Positions 27,478 through 36,202 of a stretch of 64,000 nt of DNA are shown here, piece by piece. How positions within the stretch are numbered: the first letter of the stretch is position 1; every line of letters begins with the position of its first letter. A model generated the notes under the pieces. It made no database searches. It saw nothing but the letters and a program-made list of their open reading frames with translations, and was not told the origin of the DNA. Both the position numbers and the translations under genes were made by a program. Location: the IMG/VR virus record IMGVR_UViG_3300012953_000026, positions 1,797 through 65,796 of that record, one strand, 5' to 3'. The DNA comes from a virus (taxonomy: Duplodnaviria > Caudoviricetes).

Positions 27478-27852
27478 TTAGGGTTTAATTTCAGACAATC
27501 TATCAGTTATTATCTTGTGTTTGCGAGTGTAGGCTTCAAAAAATTCTTCTGAATCTACACCTGTCAAAACCAGTATTGCCAAGAAATAATTAAAAGCGTC
27601 TATCATTTCCTCCAGGTATTCCTGCCTGTCGAATTCTTTCTTAGAAGCCCTGTGATCTTTCCAGTTCTTCAGGTGTAGCAGCGCCTCAAAAAGCTCTTCA
27701 ACACTTCTAAACGTTATTTCTCGCAAGACCTTTTGGGAAGCCTTATCCTCCAGGTTTACTGGCCACTCCGGATACGCTCCTCCGACTTTCTCAGAGATTG
27801 TTCGCATAAAATCTTGCCTGAGCGCAAAAAGTAAATCTAATCTATCATCCAT
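27478..27852 (-). CDS. all-alpha NTP pyrophosphohydrolase (dUTPase/dCTPase/MazG-like)
   Basis: EELFEALLHLKNWKDH...EEMIDAFNYF acidic metal motif (EExxE...ExxD). Confidence 0.75.
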   Translation of the reverse strand: MDDRLDLLFALRQDFMRTISEKVGGAYPEWPVNLEDKASQKVLREITFRSVEELFEALLHLKNWKDHRASKKEFDRQEYLEEMIDAFNYFLAILVLTGVDSEEFFEAYTRKHKIITDRLSEIKP

Positions 27853-27872
27853 AGTCTAACTCCTAAAATTGA

Positions 27873-27901
27873 ATATTAGACTGGTAGACTAGTTTTTACA
27901 C
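27873..27901 (-). promoter_or_regulatory. candidate promoter GTGTAA-N17-TAATAT
   Basis: Intergenic; a GGAG SD follows. Confidence 0.4.
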
Positions 27902-27902
27902 T

Positions 27903-28622
27903 TTAAGATTGAGACAAAGATTCCAGGACTTCAGAGATTTTCTCTTCAGTCACATTCCGCAGGCCGTACTTCGGAAGTATTGTAATAAGCAGAGATTTTC
28001 TAACCTGAACATTATCGCAAGACTCTCCCCAGACCCAAGGAAGGGTACTGGTTAATTTATCAAGCTCTTTCCTTACAAGATCTTGCCTTTTGCAGTTGTA
28101 CTGCAACTCTATTTCCGGATCTAAACTATTTTCGATTGAAAGCTTTTCACATATCTCTATAAGCAGATCATAATTTTCTTCTTCAACTGCTCTGTTGGCT
28201 TGAGAATATAACTCTTGTAACTCTTCAAGATTCTCGCTGTCCCCCACTTTGTCAGGATGTGTTTTCAATGCAATCTTCCGAAAAGCTTTTTTCGCCCAGT
28301 CTGGAGTGTTTGGTTTTACGACGTCTTCGAAGGGAGGCTTCTCATTCGAGTCCTCGAACTTAAAGTCTCGAAAATTGTTATCACCCACTTCCTGTTTATC
28401 CGATCTTTGCTCTTCCTCTTGATCTTGAGGATTTTCTTCATCGGCTGGAGGTTCTTTTAATTTATCGATTATAAATTTCATGTCCGATGTCCATTCAGCA
28501 GAATAGTCGGACATTATTTCACTACAGTCTTCTAGGTATGATAAAAGCATGGAGAGCTCAGCTTTCGCTCTCCTTAACTCTCTAAGCGCTTTTCTTTTCT
28601 TTATTTTGTCTTTGTGCTTCAC
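27903..28622 (-). CDS. J-domain (DnaJ-like) protein with central J domain
   Basis: KKAFRKIALKTHPDKV with the HPD motif intact. Confidence 0.75.
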   Translation of the reverse strand: MKHKDKIKKRKALRELRRAKAELSMLLSYLEDCSEIMSDYSAEWTSDMKFIIDKLKEPPADEENPQDQEEEQRSDKQEVGDNNFRDFKFEDSNEKPPFEDVVKPNTPDWAKKAFRKIALKTHPDKVGDSENLEELQELYSQANRAVEEENYDLLIEICEKLSIENSLDPEIELQYNCKRQDLVRKELDKLTSTLPWVWGESCDNVQVRKSLLITILPKYGLRNVTEEKISEVLESLSQS

Positions 28623-28627
28623 AAAGA

Positions 28628-28634
28628 TAAGTAT
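28628..28634 (-). promoter_or_regulatory. ATANTTA motif (candidate late promoter, leaderless spacing)
   Basis: ATACTTA 5 nt before GTG 28622. Confidence 0.35.
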
Positions 28635-28640
28635 TGAAAG

Positions 28641-28874
28641 CTAAGCCTCAGGTTCTTCTAAATCATCAGAATTATCGATCTCTGTCAATAATTTTTCTAC
28701 GCTTGCGTCTAGAGACTCTTTAAAGTTGCCGTGTACCTCAAGGACCCCGGATTCTCCTTCAACTAATCTCATCATCCTTAAGTTATCTACGATGTCTGTT
28801 CCGGTGATAATTGCGATTTGCAGCACCTTTGCTACGTTTGCGATCACTTCATCACTAAGTCTTAATTCTTTCAT
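28641..28874 (-). CDS. hypothetical protein
   Basis: Probable start ATG 28874 (MKELRLSDEVIA); the track starts at 28901. Confidence 0.6.
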   Translation of the reverse strand: MKELRLSDEVIANVAKVLQIAIITGTDIVDNLRMMRLVEGESGVLEVHGNFKESLDASVEKLLTEIDNSDDLEEPEA

Positions 28875-28876
28875 TT

Positions 28877-29683
28877 TCACCCCTGAATTTCTGGTACCCA
28901 ATGAGTCGTTCGACCATCAGGTGTTTTTTCTTTTTTTACGGTATTACCGTCTGGATCATTTTTCTGATTATATACTAAGAAACGAGAACTGTAATTGCCA
29001 ATTTCACCATAAAAATCTCGATAAGAGTTAATGGTTGCACCGCCTGTCTGAAAGGATTCTCTCATAACAGACTTTATCGACTTGTTGAGCATTTTTAAAT
29101 TAGAGTCAGAAAGATCGCTAACTTTCTTGAACGGGCTTATTCTGGCAAGATACAGAGCTTCTGCTTTTACGTAGTTACCCACTCCAGCAACAACTGATTG
29201 ATCCATTAAAGCCTTTGTGATATTTACATCATCTTTTTTTCTTATCGAAGAAAGAAACAAGTCGTTGCTAACATCTTCAGCCAGCATATCCGGGCCGAAT
29301 GAGGCGAGCTTTGAAGAGAGCTGTTTTGGATCAAAAGAGAATTTAATTGTTCCAAAGTTGCGCATATCGTTGAAGTAGACAGTCTTACCGTTGTTAAACT
29401 TCAGCGACACCCGTGTGTGTTGAGTTGATTCTTTTTGCCAAGCCCCAGTCATGCCTAGGGTTGACCACATACTGCTCTTATCCTGGAATATGAAATATAT
29501 GAATTTACCATGAACGCCTACACCCTGAACCTGAAGCGGAAGTCTTTGCTTTAGTGTGTCTAAGCCCGGAAGCTCTTTTTTCAAATATCTCCCTGACACT
29601 ATCTCTATTTCCTGTAAAACATCTCCGCCGACGCTCTCTCCCAAGAACATTGCATATCTTCTACACTCTGGACCTTCAGGCAT
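28877..29683 (-). CDS. Fpg/Nei family DNA glycosylase/AP lyase with zincless finger
   Basis: N-terminal PEGPE, HGKF, LGMTG, FNDMRNFG, H2TH ALMDQSVVAGVGNYVKAEAL, C-terminal GRTTHWVPEIQ with no Cys. Confidence 0.9.
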   Translation of the reverse strand: MPEGPECRRYAMFLGESVGGDVLQEIEIVSGRYLKKELPGLDTLKQRLPLQVQGVGVHGKFIYFIFQDKSSMWSTLGMTGAWQKESTQHTRVSLKFNNGKTVYFNDMRNFGTIKFSFDPKQLSSKLASFGPDMLAEDVSNDLFLSSIRKKDDVNITKALMDQSVVAGVGNYVKAEALYLARISPFKKVSDLSDSNLKMLNKSIKSVMRESFQTGGATINSYRDFYGEIGNYSSRFLVYNQKNDPDGNTVKKEKTPDGRTTHWVPEIQG

Positions 29684-30116
29684 TTTGGCACCCTCCGTAG
29701 TTGTCTAGTAAAAAACTGTGGTAATCTACCAGAGCATGATCATTAGGCTCTAGTAACCGCCACTCTCCTTTTATGAAAATGTTATACGCATCGTCAGCGT
29801 ATTTTCCACACCCATAAAGCTCCTTGGCATCCGACCATTCTTCGCCGAGGTACTCTTCGCAAAACCTCTTTAAGATCTTTACTCTTCTGTTTACGAGACC
29901 TAGAGAACAAAGCTCTTCTCGTAATCTATCTTCAGGCGCAGAAATAAGAGAGATCGGATCAGGGTATTGAGAAAAAAAATCTTGTATCATCGGCTCGACT
30001 TGCTTTCTAGAAGTTTGGTTCAATAATAAGCAAGTGACAAGGATCTTCCAACCATCTGGCCAGAACCTCTCCTGGAGCAGGTCATAAGGTGATTTAGGGG
30101 GTATCCACTCATTCAT
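29676..30116 (-). CDS. MBD4-like G:T/G:U mismatch DNA glycosylase (stand-alone HhH catalytic domain)
   Basis: WIPPKSPYDLLQE...WKILVTCLLLNQTS...LGL...GCGKYADDAY.IF..GEW...PNDHAL..Y matches the MBD4 glycosylase domain pattern; the catalytic Asp position is retained. Confidence 0.85.
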   Translation of the reverse strand: MNEWIPPKSPYDLLQERFWPDGWKILVTCLLLNQTSRKQVEPMIQDFFSQYPDPISLISAPEDRLREELCSLGLVNRRVKILKRFCEEYLGEEWSDAKELYGCGKYADDAYNIFIKGEWRLLEPNDHALVDYHSFLLDNYGGCQNA

Positions 30117-30122
30117 GGATAA

Positions 30123-30151
30123 ATTATATCAACCCTGGATATTTTTTTCAG
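30123..30151 (-). promoter_or_regulatory. candidate promoter CTGAAA-N17-TATAAT, leaderless (ATG 6 nt after -10)
   Basis: Read directly from the sequence. Confidence 0.55.
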
Positions 30152-30154
30152 GTA

Positions 30155-30475
30155 TTACTTGATAAACTTCATGGCGAACATGACTGCTGCCATGGCAAAT
30201 TGAACTACAGCGAATATTGTGACTGCTTTGGTTTTAAAAGTCTTAAGATCCTCGACTTCTTCCGTTAAGTTCTTGAGCTGGGTAGGCGACGCAACTTCGT
30301 CAATTTTTTCTTTCCATTGCCTTAGTTCTGTTACCCTGTCTTCTCTGTCTCGGAGAAGAGCGATATCTTGCTTGATATCATGCATCTCGTCTTTAAGAGA
30401 TTCAATTCCCGTTGAAAGGGTTTCTAGCTCTTTTAGGACTAACTTTGAGTATTCCGCCCAACCGTTTTCAGACAT
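30155..30475 (-). CDS. coiled-coil protein with C-terminal TM helix
   Basis: MSENGWAEYSKLVLKEL..., C-terminal AVTIFAVVQFAMAAVMFAM. Probable start ATG 30475. Confidence 0.6.
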   Translation of the reverse strand: MSENGWAEYSKLVLKELETLSTGIESLKDEMHDIKQDIALLRDREDRVTELRQWKEKIDEVASPTQLKNLTEEVEDLKTFKTKAVTIFAVVQFAMAAVMFAMKFIK

Positions 30476-30692
30476 TGTCTTCGGCTCCACCACTTATAGT
30501 TTCCTTTATTGAAGCCTGAATTTCTCTCAACTCTTGAATGATGTCATCATTCTCTTTGCAACTAGGCTTGTACTTATCTAAACATTCATCAAACTGTAAC
30601 CAGAGAGAAACTAAAGCAGAGCTGACTTTTTTACCTCTTGCTCGAGAAGCAAGTTTTACTCGAAGCGCCTCTAAATGATCATATTTCCCCAT
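30468..30692 (-). CDS. hypothetical protein (74 aa)
   Basis: Packed ORF; ATATTTA upstream. Confidence 0.55.
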   Translation of the reverse strand: MGKYDHLEALRVKLASRARGKKVSSALVSLWLQFDECLDKYKPSCKENDDIIQELREIQASIKETISGGAEDNV

Positions 30693-30697
30693 GAATT

Positions 30698-30704
30698 TAA
30701 ATAT
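30698..30704 (-). promoter_or_regulatory. ATANTTA motif (candidate late promoter, leaderless spacing)
   Basis: ATATTTA 5 nt before ATG 30692. Confidence 0.35.
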
Positions 30705-30718
30705 GGAGAAAATTTCAT

Positions 30719-31321
30719 TTATTCTAGCTCGATGTCTACAGAAACTTCGATAGTTATTTTCGGAACGCGAAGTTGATTTACCATCCCGTGCTTCTTTGCT
30801 TCTTCTGCATCAAGAAACCAATCAGCGTGTTTTTTCTTATCGACAATCTTCATAAAATAATCATCTTTTTTTCCACAATTTCTCGCCATCATAGTGTAGA
30901 TTGTAGTGTTCAAACGATCAGCTTCTTTCGCGCCGGCTTTCAGTTCCTCGACTTTTCCAAAGTCCATACTTGAAACGTCATGAATCATGATGGTTGCGTG
31001 AGGATCCATAAACCTAAGGCCTTCTTCACCAAAAGAAAACAGAACAGCACCGCAGCTCATGGCTTTTCCTTCTACTATGGTCGCGATAGGTAACTCTGAA
31101 TGCTTTATCGCAGAAATCATAGACATGAGGCTATAGACCTGGCCGCCATAAGAGTCAATAACAACGGGTATCACTTTCTGGCCAGTGTTGTGAGCCCTTG
31201 CGATTTCTTGATCAAATTTCTTAGCTGCATCTTCATCAAATTTATTGACTCTCACAATCACTGGATTGTGTCGCATTTCCACTTCTTTTATTAAAGGTGA
31301 TACCTTTGTCGTCCACTTCAT
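30719..31321 (-). CDS. clpP: ClpP-family serine protease subunit
   Basis: IDSYGG, catalytic Ser (AMSCGA), His (IMIHD) and Asp (DWFLDAEEA). Confidence 0.85.
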   Translation of the reverse strand: MKWTTKVSPLIKEVEMRHNPVIVRVNKFDEDAAKKFDQEIARAHNTGQKVIPVVIDSYGGQVYSLMSMISAIKHSELPIATIVEGKAMSCGAVLFSFGEEGLRFMDPHATIMIHDVSSMDFGKVEELKAGAKEADRLNTTIYTMMARNCGKKDDYFMKIVDKKKHADWFLDAEEAKKHGMVNQLRVPKITIEVSVDIELE

Positions 31322-31334
31322 CTAAATTCTCTCC

Positions 31335-33830
31335 TTAAGAACACTTGGAATATCCACAAGATGTACATGCCACACAGCCCTCTTGGTACTTCATAGAGTC
31401 TTCAGCTCCGCACTCTGGGCACACTTTGCTACCACCCGGGATTGTTCCATCGTTTATATATTTCTTTAATACTCTAGACACGACCCTCGCAAAAGAAAAC
31501 AAGTGGGCGTCTCTATCTTTTTGTAGTTGCTCAACAATATAATGTATTGGGGCTCCGTGACGTAACGCCAAAGATATAATTCTAGTAAAGCCTGCATGAT
31601 CTGGATTGTCAAACACCTTAACTATGTCCTTGACAACTACCTCACTGCCATTTTCACCGAAATGTAAATCGTACTTGGAAGGCATGGTCTTACGAACTCG
31701 TTTTGTGATCTTGCCAGCTGTATAAGCTGATGGGATTTCAATAAATTCAGACTTTCCTCCAAGCACCTCATACGGTTTTCCATCCATCAGACCAACAAGT
31801 ATCGTCCAGGCTTCACCCTTTACTTGGGATCGATGAATTTCGCAGTCTAGGTTCTCAGGTCTGCGGGGGGCATTGATATCCTTAATCGTCTGATCGGTAG
31901 CACTTTGAGCGTCGTTACTAACCAGAACACCTGACCTGCACCCATCTCTGTAGATTGTTAGTCCCTTACAGCCTGATTCCCACCCAGCCATGTAAACCTG
32001 CTTCACAGTCTCAATGTCGATATCTGCAGGCAGGTTTGTTGTATTAGAGATCGCGTGACACACCCATTTCTGAGCGACAGACTGCATTTTAACTTTTGCG
32101 ACCCAATCAATCTCATTTGCTGTGGCGCCTGAATATGGACTAGCCGATACAAGCTCGCTATTATCCGTGTCTGCCTCAGCGCCTGTTGCGGTCATCCATT
32201 GCCTGAACCCGTGATGGTAGACTGTATATTCTTGCCACCTGTCGCCACTGTCATCTGTAAAGTCTACACGACCGTCGAGATCATTCTCTGTTAGCTTCTT
32301 TCTTCTTGTATAATGAAGCATAAAAGCCGGTTCGATACCAGACGTTGTTTGGGTCAAAACAGAGACGGAGCCAGCTGGAGCTGTGGTTGTAATTGCGATG
32401 TTTCTTCTACCAAACTTTTCACTTAACTCACGCACCTCTGGATCTTTTTCCCAAATGCGACTTAGGAAGGGGTGATCTTCTTCGGCGGCATGATCGTGAA
32501 TAGGGAAAGCACCACGCTCAGAAGCCAATATGCAAGAAGACTTGTATGCATTTACGGCTAGCCCGGAATAAATTGACTCTGTGATCTCTATGGATTCCTG
32601 TGATCCATAAATGACACCTAGCGCGGCAAGCATGTCGCCTAAGCCTGTTACTCCAAGCCCTGTTCTTCTTCCTTGCGTGGCTTGCTTTTTGACATTATTC
32701 CACATGTCAAGCTCAATTGCTTTTACATGCTCAGGTTCTGGATCAGAGCTGATTTTTTCTATAATCTTCTCTATTTGCTCCAGTTCGATGTCTATCATAT
32801 CATCCATCAAACGTTGCGCTTTAATCACAACTTCTGAAAATTTATTCTCATCGAACTTTGCGTCAGGTGTAAACGGGCTATCCACGAACGACGTCAAGTT
32901 AACCAGCATCAAGCGGCAACTGTCATAGGGAGAGAGTATAATTTCTCCGCAAGGATTAGTGGAAGTAGAACCAAAACCAGCAGAAGTGTAGATGTCAGCG
33001 GGGGTCATCTTCTTTGCAGTGTCCCAGAAAAGAATACCCGGTTCTGCACATGCGTGCGCAGACTCAATAATCTCATCCCATAACGTCGCTGCAGATACCA
33101 TTTCTGCGACCTCTGGGTCCTCACTATCAACAGGCCACCTAAGCTGCACTTGTTGATCATTCTTTACAGCGCTCATAAACTCGTCTGTCAACCTCACGCT
33201 GATATTCGCACCGGTAATCCTGTTTAGATTACGTTTAATCCTAATGAAGTCTAGTATCTGTGGATGGTGGACAGAAATCGTTAACATCAAGGCCCCACGT
33301 CGACCGTTCTGGGCTACTTCTCGACAGGAATTTGAAAACCTATCCATGAAAACTTCAATACCATCAGTCGTCCTTGCACAGTTGCCGGTCGCTCTACCCT
33401 TCGGTCTAATAGTAGAAATATCAAAACCCACTCCACCGCGGCGCTTGGCAATTTGAACCAGCTCCTGATCTACTTTTAAAATACCCCCGTAAGAATCGAA
33501 AGGGCTCTCAATAACAAAGCAGTTCGATATCGACTGGACCTGGAATGGATTTCCGATACCAGACATCGGAGAACCTTGCGGTACGACATATTTGAAATTG
33601 TCGAATAGCTCGAATATCTCTTCATAAGTCAAAGGGTTCTTATATTTCGATTCGATCCTGTGGTACTCTGCAGCTAACCGGGCATGCATATGCTTCGGAC
33701 TGGACTCAAGAATATTACCGTCGCGATCTGTTAACGCGTACTTGGTGACGAAAACATTGGCTGCCAGTTCGTCACCCTCAAAATATTTTAAGCTGTCGCT
33801 TAACGCTTTCTCGAAATTATACATTACCAC
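31335..33830 (-). CDS. nrdJ: class II (adenosylcobalamin-dependent) ribonucleotide reductase
   Basis: SNCFV, RRGGVGFD, RRGALM, TNPCGE, CRL, TTAPAGS, TTSGIEP, KGLTIYRDG; C-terminal TSCPD-like domain and Zn ribbon. Confidence 0.92.
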   Translation of the reverse strand: MVMYNFEKALSDSLKYFEGDELAANVFVTKYALTDRDGNILESSPKHMHARLAAEYHRIESKYKNPLTYEEIFELFDNFKYVVPQGSPMSGIGNPFQVQSISNCFVIESPFDSYGGILKVDQELVQIAKRRGGVGFDISTIRPKGRATGNCARTTDGIEVFMDRFSNSCREVAQNGRRGALMLTISVHHPQILDFIRIKRNLNRITGANISVRLTDEFMSAVKNDQQVQLRWPVDSEDPEVAEMVSAATLWDEIIESAHACAEPGILFWDTAKKMTPADIYTSAGFGSTSTNPCGEIILSPYDSCRLMLVNLTSFVDSPFTPDAKFDENKFSEVVIKAQRLMDDMIDIELEQIEKIIEKISSDPEPEHVKAIELDMWNNVKKQATQGRRTGLGVTGLGDMLAALGVIYGSQESIEITESIYSGLAVNAYKSSCILASERGAFPIHDHAAEEDHPFLSRIWEKDPEVRELSEKFGRRNIAITTTAPAGSVSVLTQTTSGIEPAFMLHYTRRKKLTENDLDGRVDFTDDSGDRWQEYTVYHHGFRQWMTATGAEADTDNSELVSASPYSGATANEIDWVAKVKMQSVAQKWVCHAISNTTNLPADIDIETVKQVYMAGWESGCKGLTIYRDGCRSGVLVSNDAQSATDQTIKDINAPRRPENLDCEIHRSQVKGEAWTILVGLMDGKPYEVLGGKSEFIEIPSAYTAGKITKRVRKTMPSKYDLHFGENGSEVVVKDIVKVFDNPDHAGFTRIISLALRHGAPIHYIVEQLQKDRDAHLFSFARVVSRVLKKYINDGTIPGGSKVCPECGAEDSMKYQEGCVACTSCGYSKCS

Positions 33831-35240
33831 TTAACCCTTCAACTCGTCCCATTTCTTTTTAAGGTTTTCCTTCATAACTTTTTCATCACTCTGCACAGCC
33901 TCAGCCAGAGTCTGTACTTCTTCATCTAATATTTCAATTTTAGACATACTTGTGTCTATGTGAACAGGAAAAACGATTCCGTCCTTTCCGGCTCGATTTT
34001 TTGCCACGAACAGACGGCCATGGCCGGTCGCTTTCTCCATCGGTTTTCTAGAAAGAGAAACAACAAAGTCTGCCACCATCGCCTTCCCATAAGCTTCTGA
34101 CATGTTTTCTAGACCAACAATATCAGAGTTTGCCGAGTCACGATTGGCTTGAGAAGCTGTCCAGACTGGTATCTTCATTTCCATGGCAAGATTTCTAAGC
34201 TCCTCATAAATTAACTTAAGTTCATGACGTAACGAGTCATATGCTCTAGTTGATCTCATGATATCAGCATAATCTATAATAATCACGCTCGGCTTAAACC
34301 CCCTCAGCGTCAACTTATCGATATGGTTTCTAAGTGTTACCACAGAAGCGGAGTTCGTCGGATACTCTTTGATTATTAATCGACCAAGATCTTCATTACT
34401 TTCATAAAATTTAATCACTTTTTCTTTGTGGTTTATTACATCAGAAGAATTAATGCCACATAGGTTAGAGTCGTACCTCAAACCGACAGCTTGCTCGGTT
34501 AACTCGAAAGTGTAGTGTAGAACATTCTTACCAACCCTCATTGCGTTTGCACCCATGGCAACTAGCCAATGAGACTTACCAACACCGGTATTTGCTGTAA
34601 CAATTCCGATCTCACCGCGGCCCAAGCCACCGTTAAGAACCTCAGAGGCATCAAGCTTATCGATACCCGTTGGGCAGACTTGGCGGTTTATCTTGATAAA
34701 CCTAGCCTCGATATCCTCAAAGAAGTCATGACCAGCTGAGTTTGGCAATCCAATGGAGACTGCATTTTTCATTAATGTCAGGACATGATCAAATTTGTCT
34801 TCAGAAATTAATTCAACAGACTTCTCCAAAGCTTCCTTAAAAGCTTGTCGCTTACAGAAGTCTAGGATCTTTTCTTTTACGTACGCAACGTCACCAGGAC
34901 TTGGATTTCTCTTCATCCTATGCAGAAAATCAATCACCTGAGTCTTTAACAGATCGTCGTTTTCTTCCTGCAAAGACTCCTTTATAATTGATATCAAGAG
35001 TTGGGTCGTCGGAAAGCACTTATACCTAAAATAGTAGTTAAAATGCTTTTCGCACAAGAACTTTAGGTAAACTAACTCAAAAAAGTCAGACCTCATCACT
35101 TCAACCATCTGAGCAGCCCATCCGTGGTCTGTCAGCAAGCCTTGTAATATTTTTTCTTGAAACTGCTTGTTGTATTTTGAAAATTGTCCTGCAGGGACGT
35201 ACCCTAGAACATTGGATTCCTGTGTGTTACTTTCTTCCAT
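33831..35240 (-). CDS. replicative helicase (DnaB / T4 gp41 type)
   Basis: Walker A ANTGVGKS, IIKEYPT, IIDYADI, WTASQANR and VAKNRAG. Confidence 0.9.
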   Translation of the reverse strand: MEESNTQESNVLGYVPAGQFSKYNKQFQEKILQGLLTDHGWAAQMVEVMRSDFFELVYLKFLCEKHFNYYFRYKCFPTTQLLISIIKESLQEENDDLLKTQVIDFLHRMKRNPSPGDVAYVKEKILDFCKRQAFKEALEKSVELISEDKFDHVLTLMKNAVSIGLPNSAGHDFFEDIEARFIKINRQVCPTGIDKLDASEVLNGGLGRGEIGIVTANTGVGKSHWLVAMGANAMRVGKNVLHYTFELTEQAVGLRYDSNLCGINSSDVINHKEKVIKFYESNEDLGRLIIKEYPTNSASVVTLRNHIDKLTLRGFKPSVIIIDYADIMRSTRAYDSLRHELKLIYEELRNLAMEMKIPVWTASQANRDSANSDIVGLENMSEAYGKAMVADFVVSLSRKPMEKATGHGRLFVAKNRAGKDGIVFPVHIDTSMSKIEILDEEVQTLAEAVQSDEKVMKENLKKKWDELKG

Positions 35241-36202
35241 TACCGACCTAAATTCCTAATCGCCAAAAAAAATCTTTCTACATCAAAATTTTTAACACCA
35301 ATTGCGTTTTGTTCACGAATAAACCCAAGTTTATCTCTTTTTTTCTGCTCTGAAGTTTGTAAGAAACTATCTACCTTTTGAGTCTGAAAAGCTGACAAGT
35401 TTCTAACACCTAAATTCATAAGCCTCCAATTTTTCTTCGGTATTTCTGAGTTATTCGCAATCTCTGAGTAGAGCTTTAACTTGCTATTTTCGCTTTTTTG
35501 CTTAGCTAGTTTAATTAGATCATCCATCAGCAAGCTTCTTTCATTAATTTCTGGAAACCGCTTAGTCATGCTCTTAAAACCAGCTCCTTTTATACCCTGC
35601 AGGTTGTCTGATGCATCTCCAACAAAGCTCCTTACTAAACAAAAATTTTCTGGATAAACCTGAAACTTCTCTTTTACAGCATCACGATCCACAATCTTCT
35701 TTTGACCGGGAGACCACTGGAGAGTCTTTTCGTTTATTAACTGGTATAGGTCTTTGTCTGATGATATTACAACCTTATTCTGCTCAGTAAAAATGTCATT
35801 GCACATGTAGGCGATGATATCATCAGCTTCGCAGTCAGACACATACAGCTGCTTTACACCAGCCTTGTTTAATAGTTTTATAATCGTAGCAATTTGCCAA
35901 TTTCGATTCTCAAAAGTGTCTGGCATCTCATCTTCAGAATAAAACCGGTTAAGTCTTTGGGGCCTTCTCATATTCTTGTAAGAAGACTGCAGTGCCCTTC
36001 TACGAGGTGATCCCCCGCCTTCCCATACAACATATACGTCGCGAGGCGTAAACCTCTCAGACAAAAGCTGGATGGCTTTTAAAAACCCAACAACACCACC
36101 AACGTGCTCTCCGTTATCTGATATTGTTGGGTTTGCAATAAAATGTCTGGTAAAAAGGTTCAGGGAGTCAATCAACAGCAGTGGATTGGAAAATTGTCTC
36201 AC
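35240..36202 (-). CDS. 5'-3' exonuclease (T4 RNase H / Pol I N-terminal type), second copy
   Basis: LIDSLNLF, VWEG, SYK..R, CEADDIIA, SSDKDLYQL and GDASDNLQGIKGAG. Confidence 0.9.
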   Translation of the reverse strand: MRQFSNPLLLIDSLNLFTRHFIANPTISDNGEHVGGVVGFLKAIQLLSERFTPRDVYVVWEGGGSPRRRALQSSYKNMRRPQRLNRFYSEDEMPDTFENRNWQIATIIKLLNKAGVKQLYVSDCEADDIIAYMCNDIFTEQNKVVISSDKDLYQLINEKTLQWSPGQKKIVDRDAVKEKFQVYPENFCLVRSFVGDASDNLQGIKGAGFKSMTKRFPEINERSLLMDDLIKLAKQKSENSKLKLYSEIANNSEIPKKNWRLMNLGVRNLSAFQTQKVDSFLQTSEQKKRDKLGFIREQNAIGVKNFDVERFFLAIRNLGR

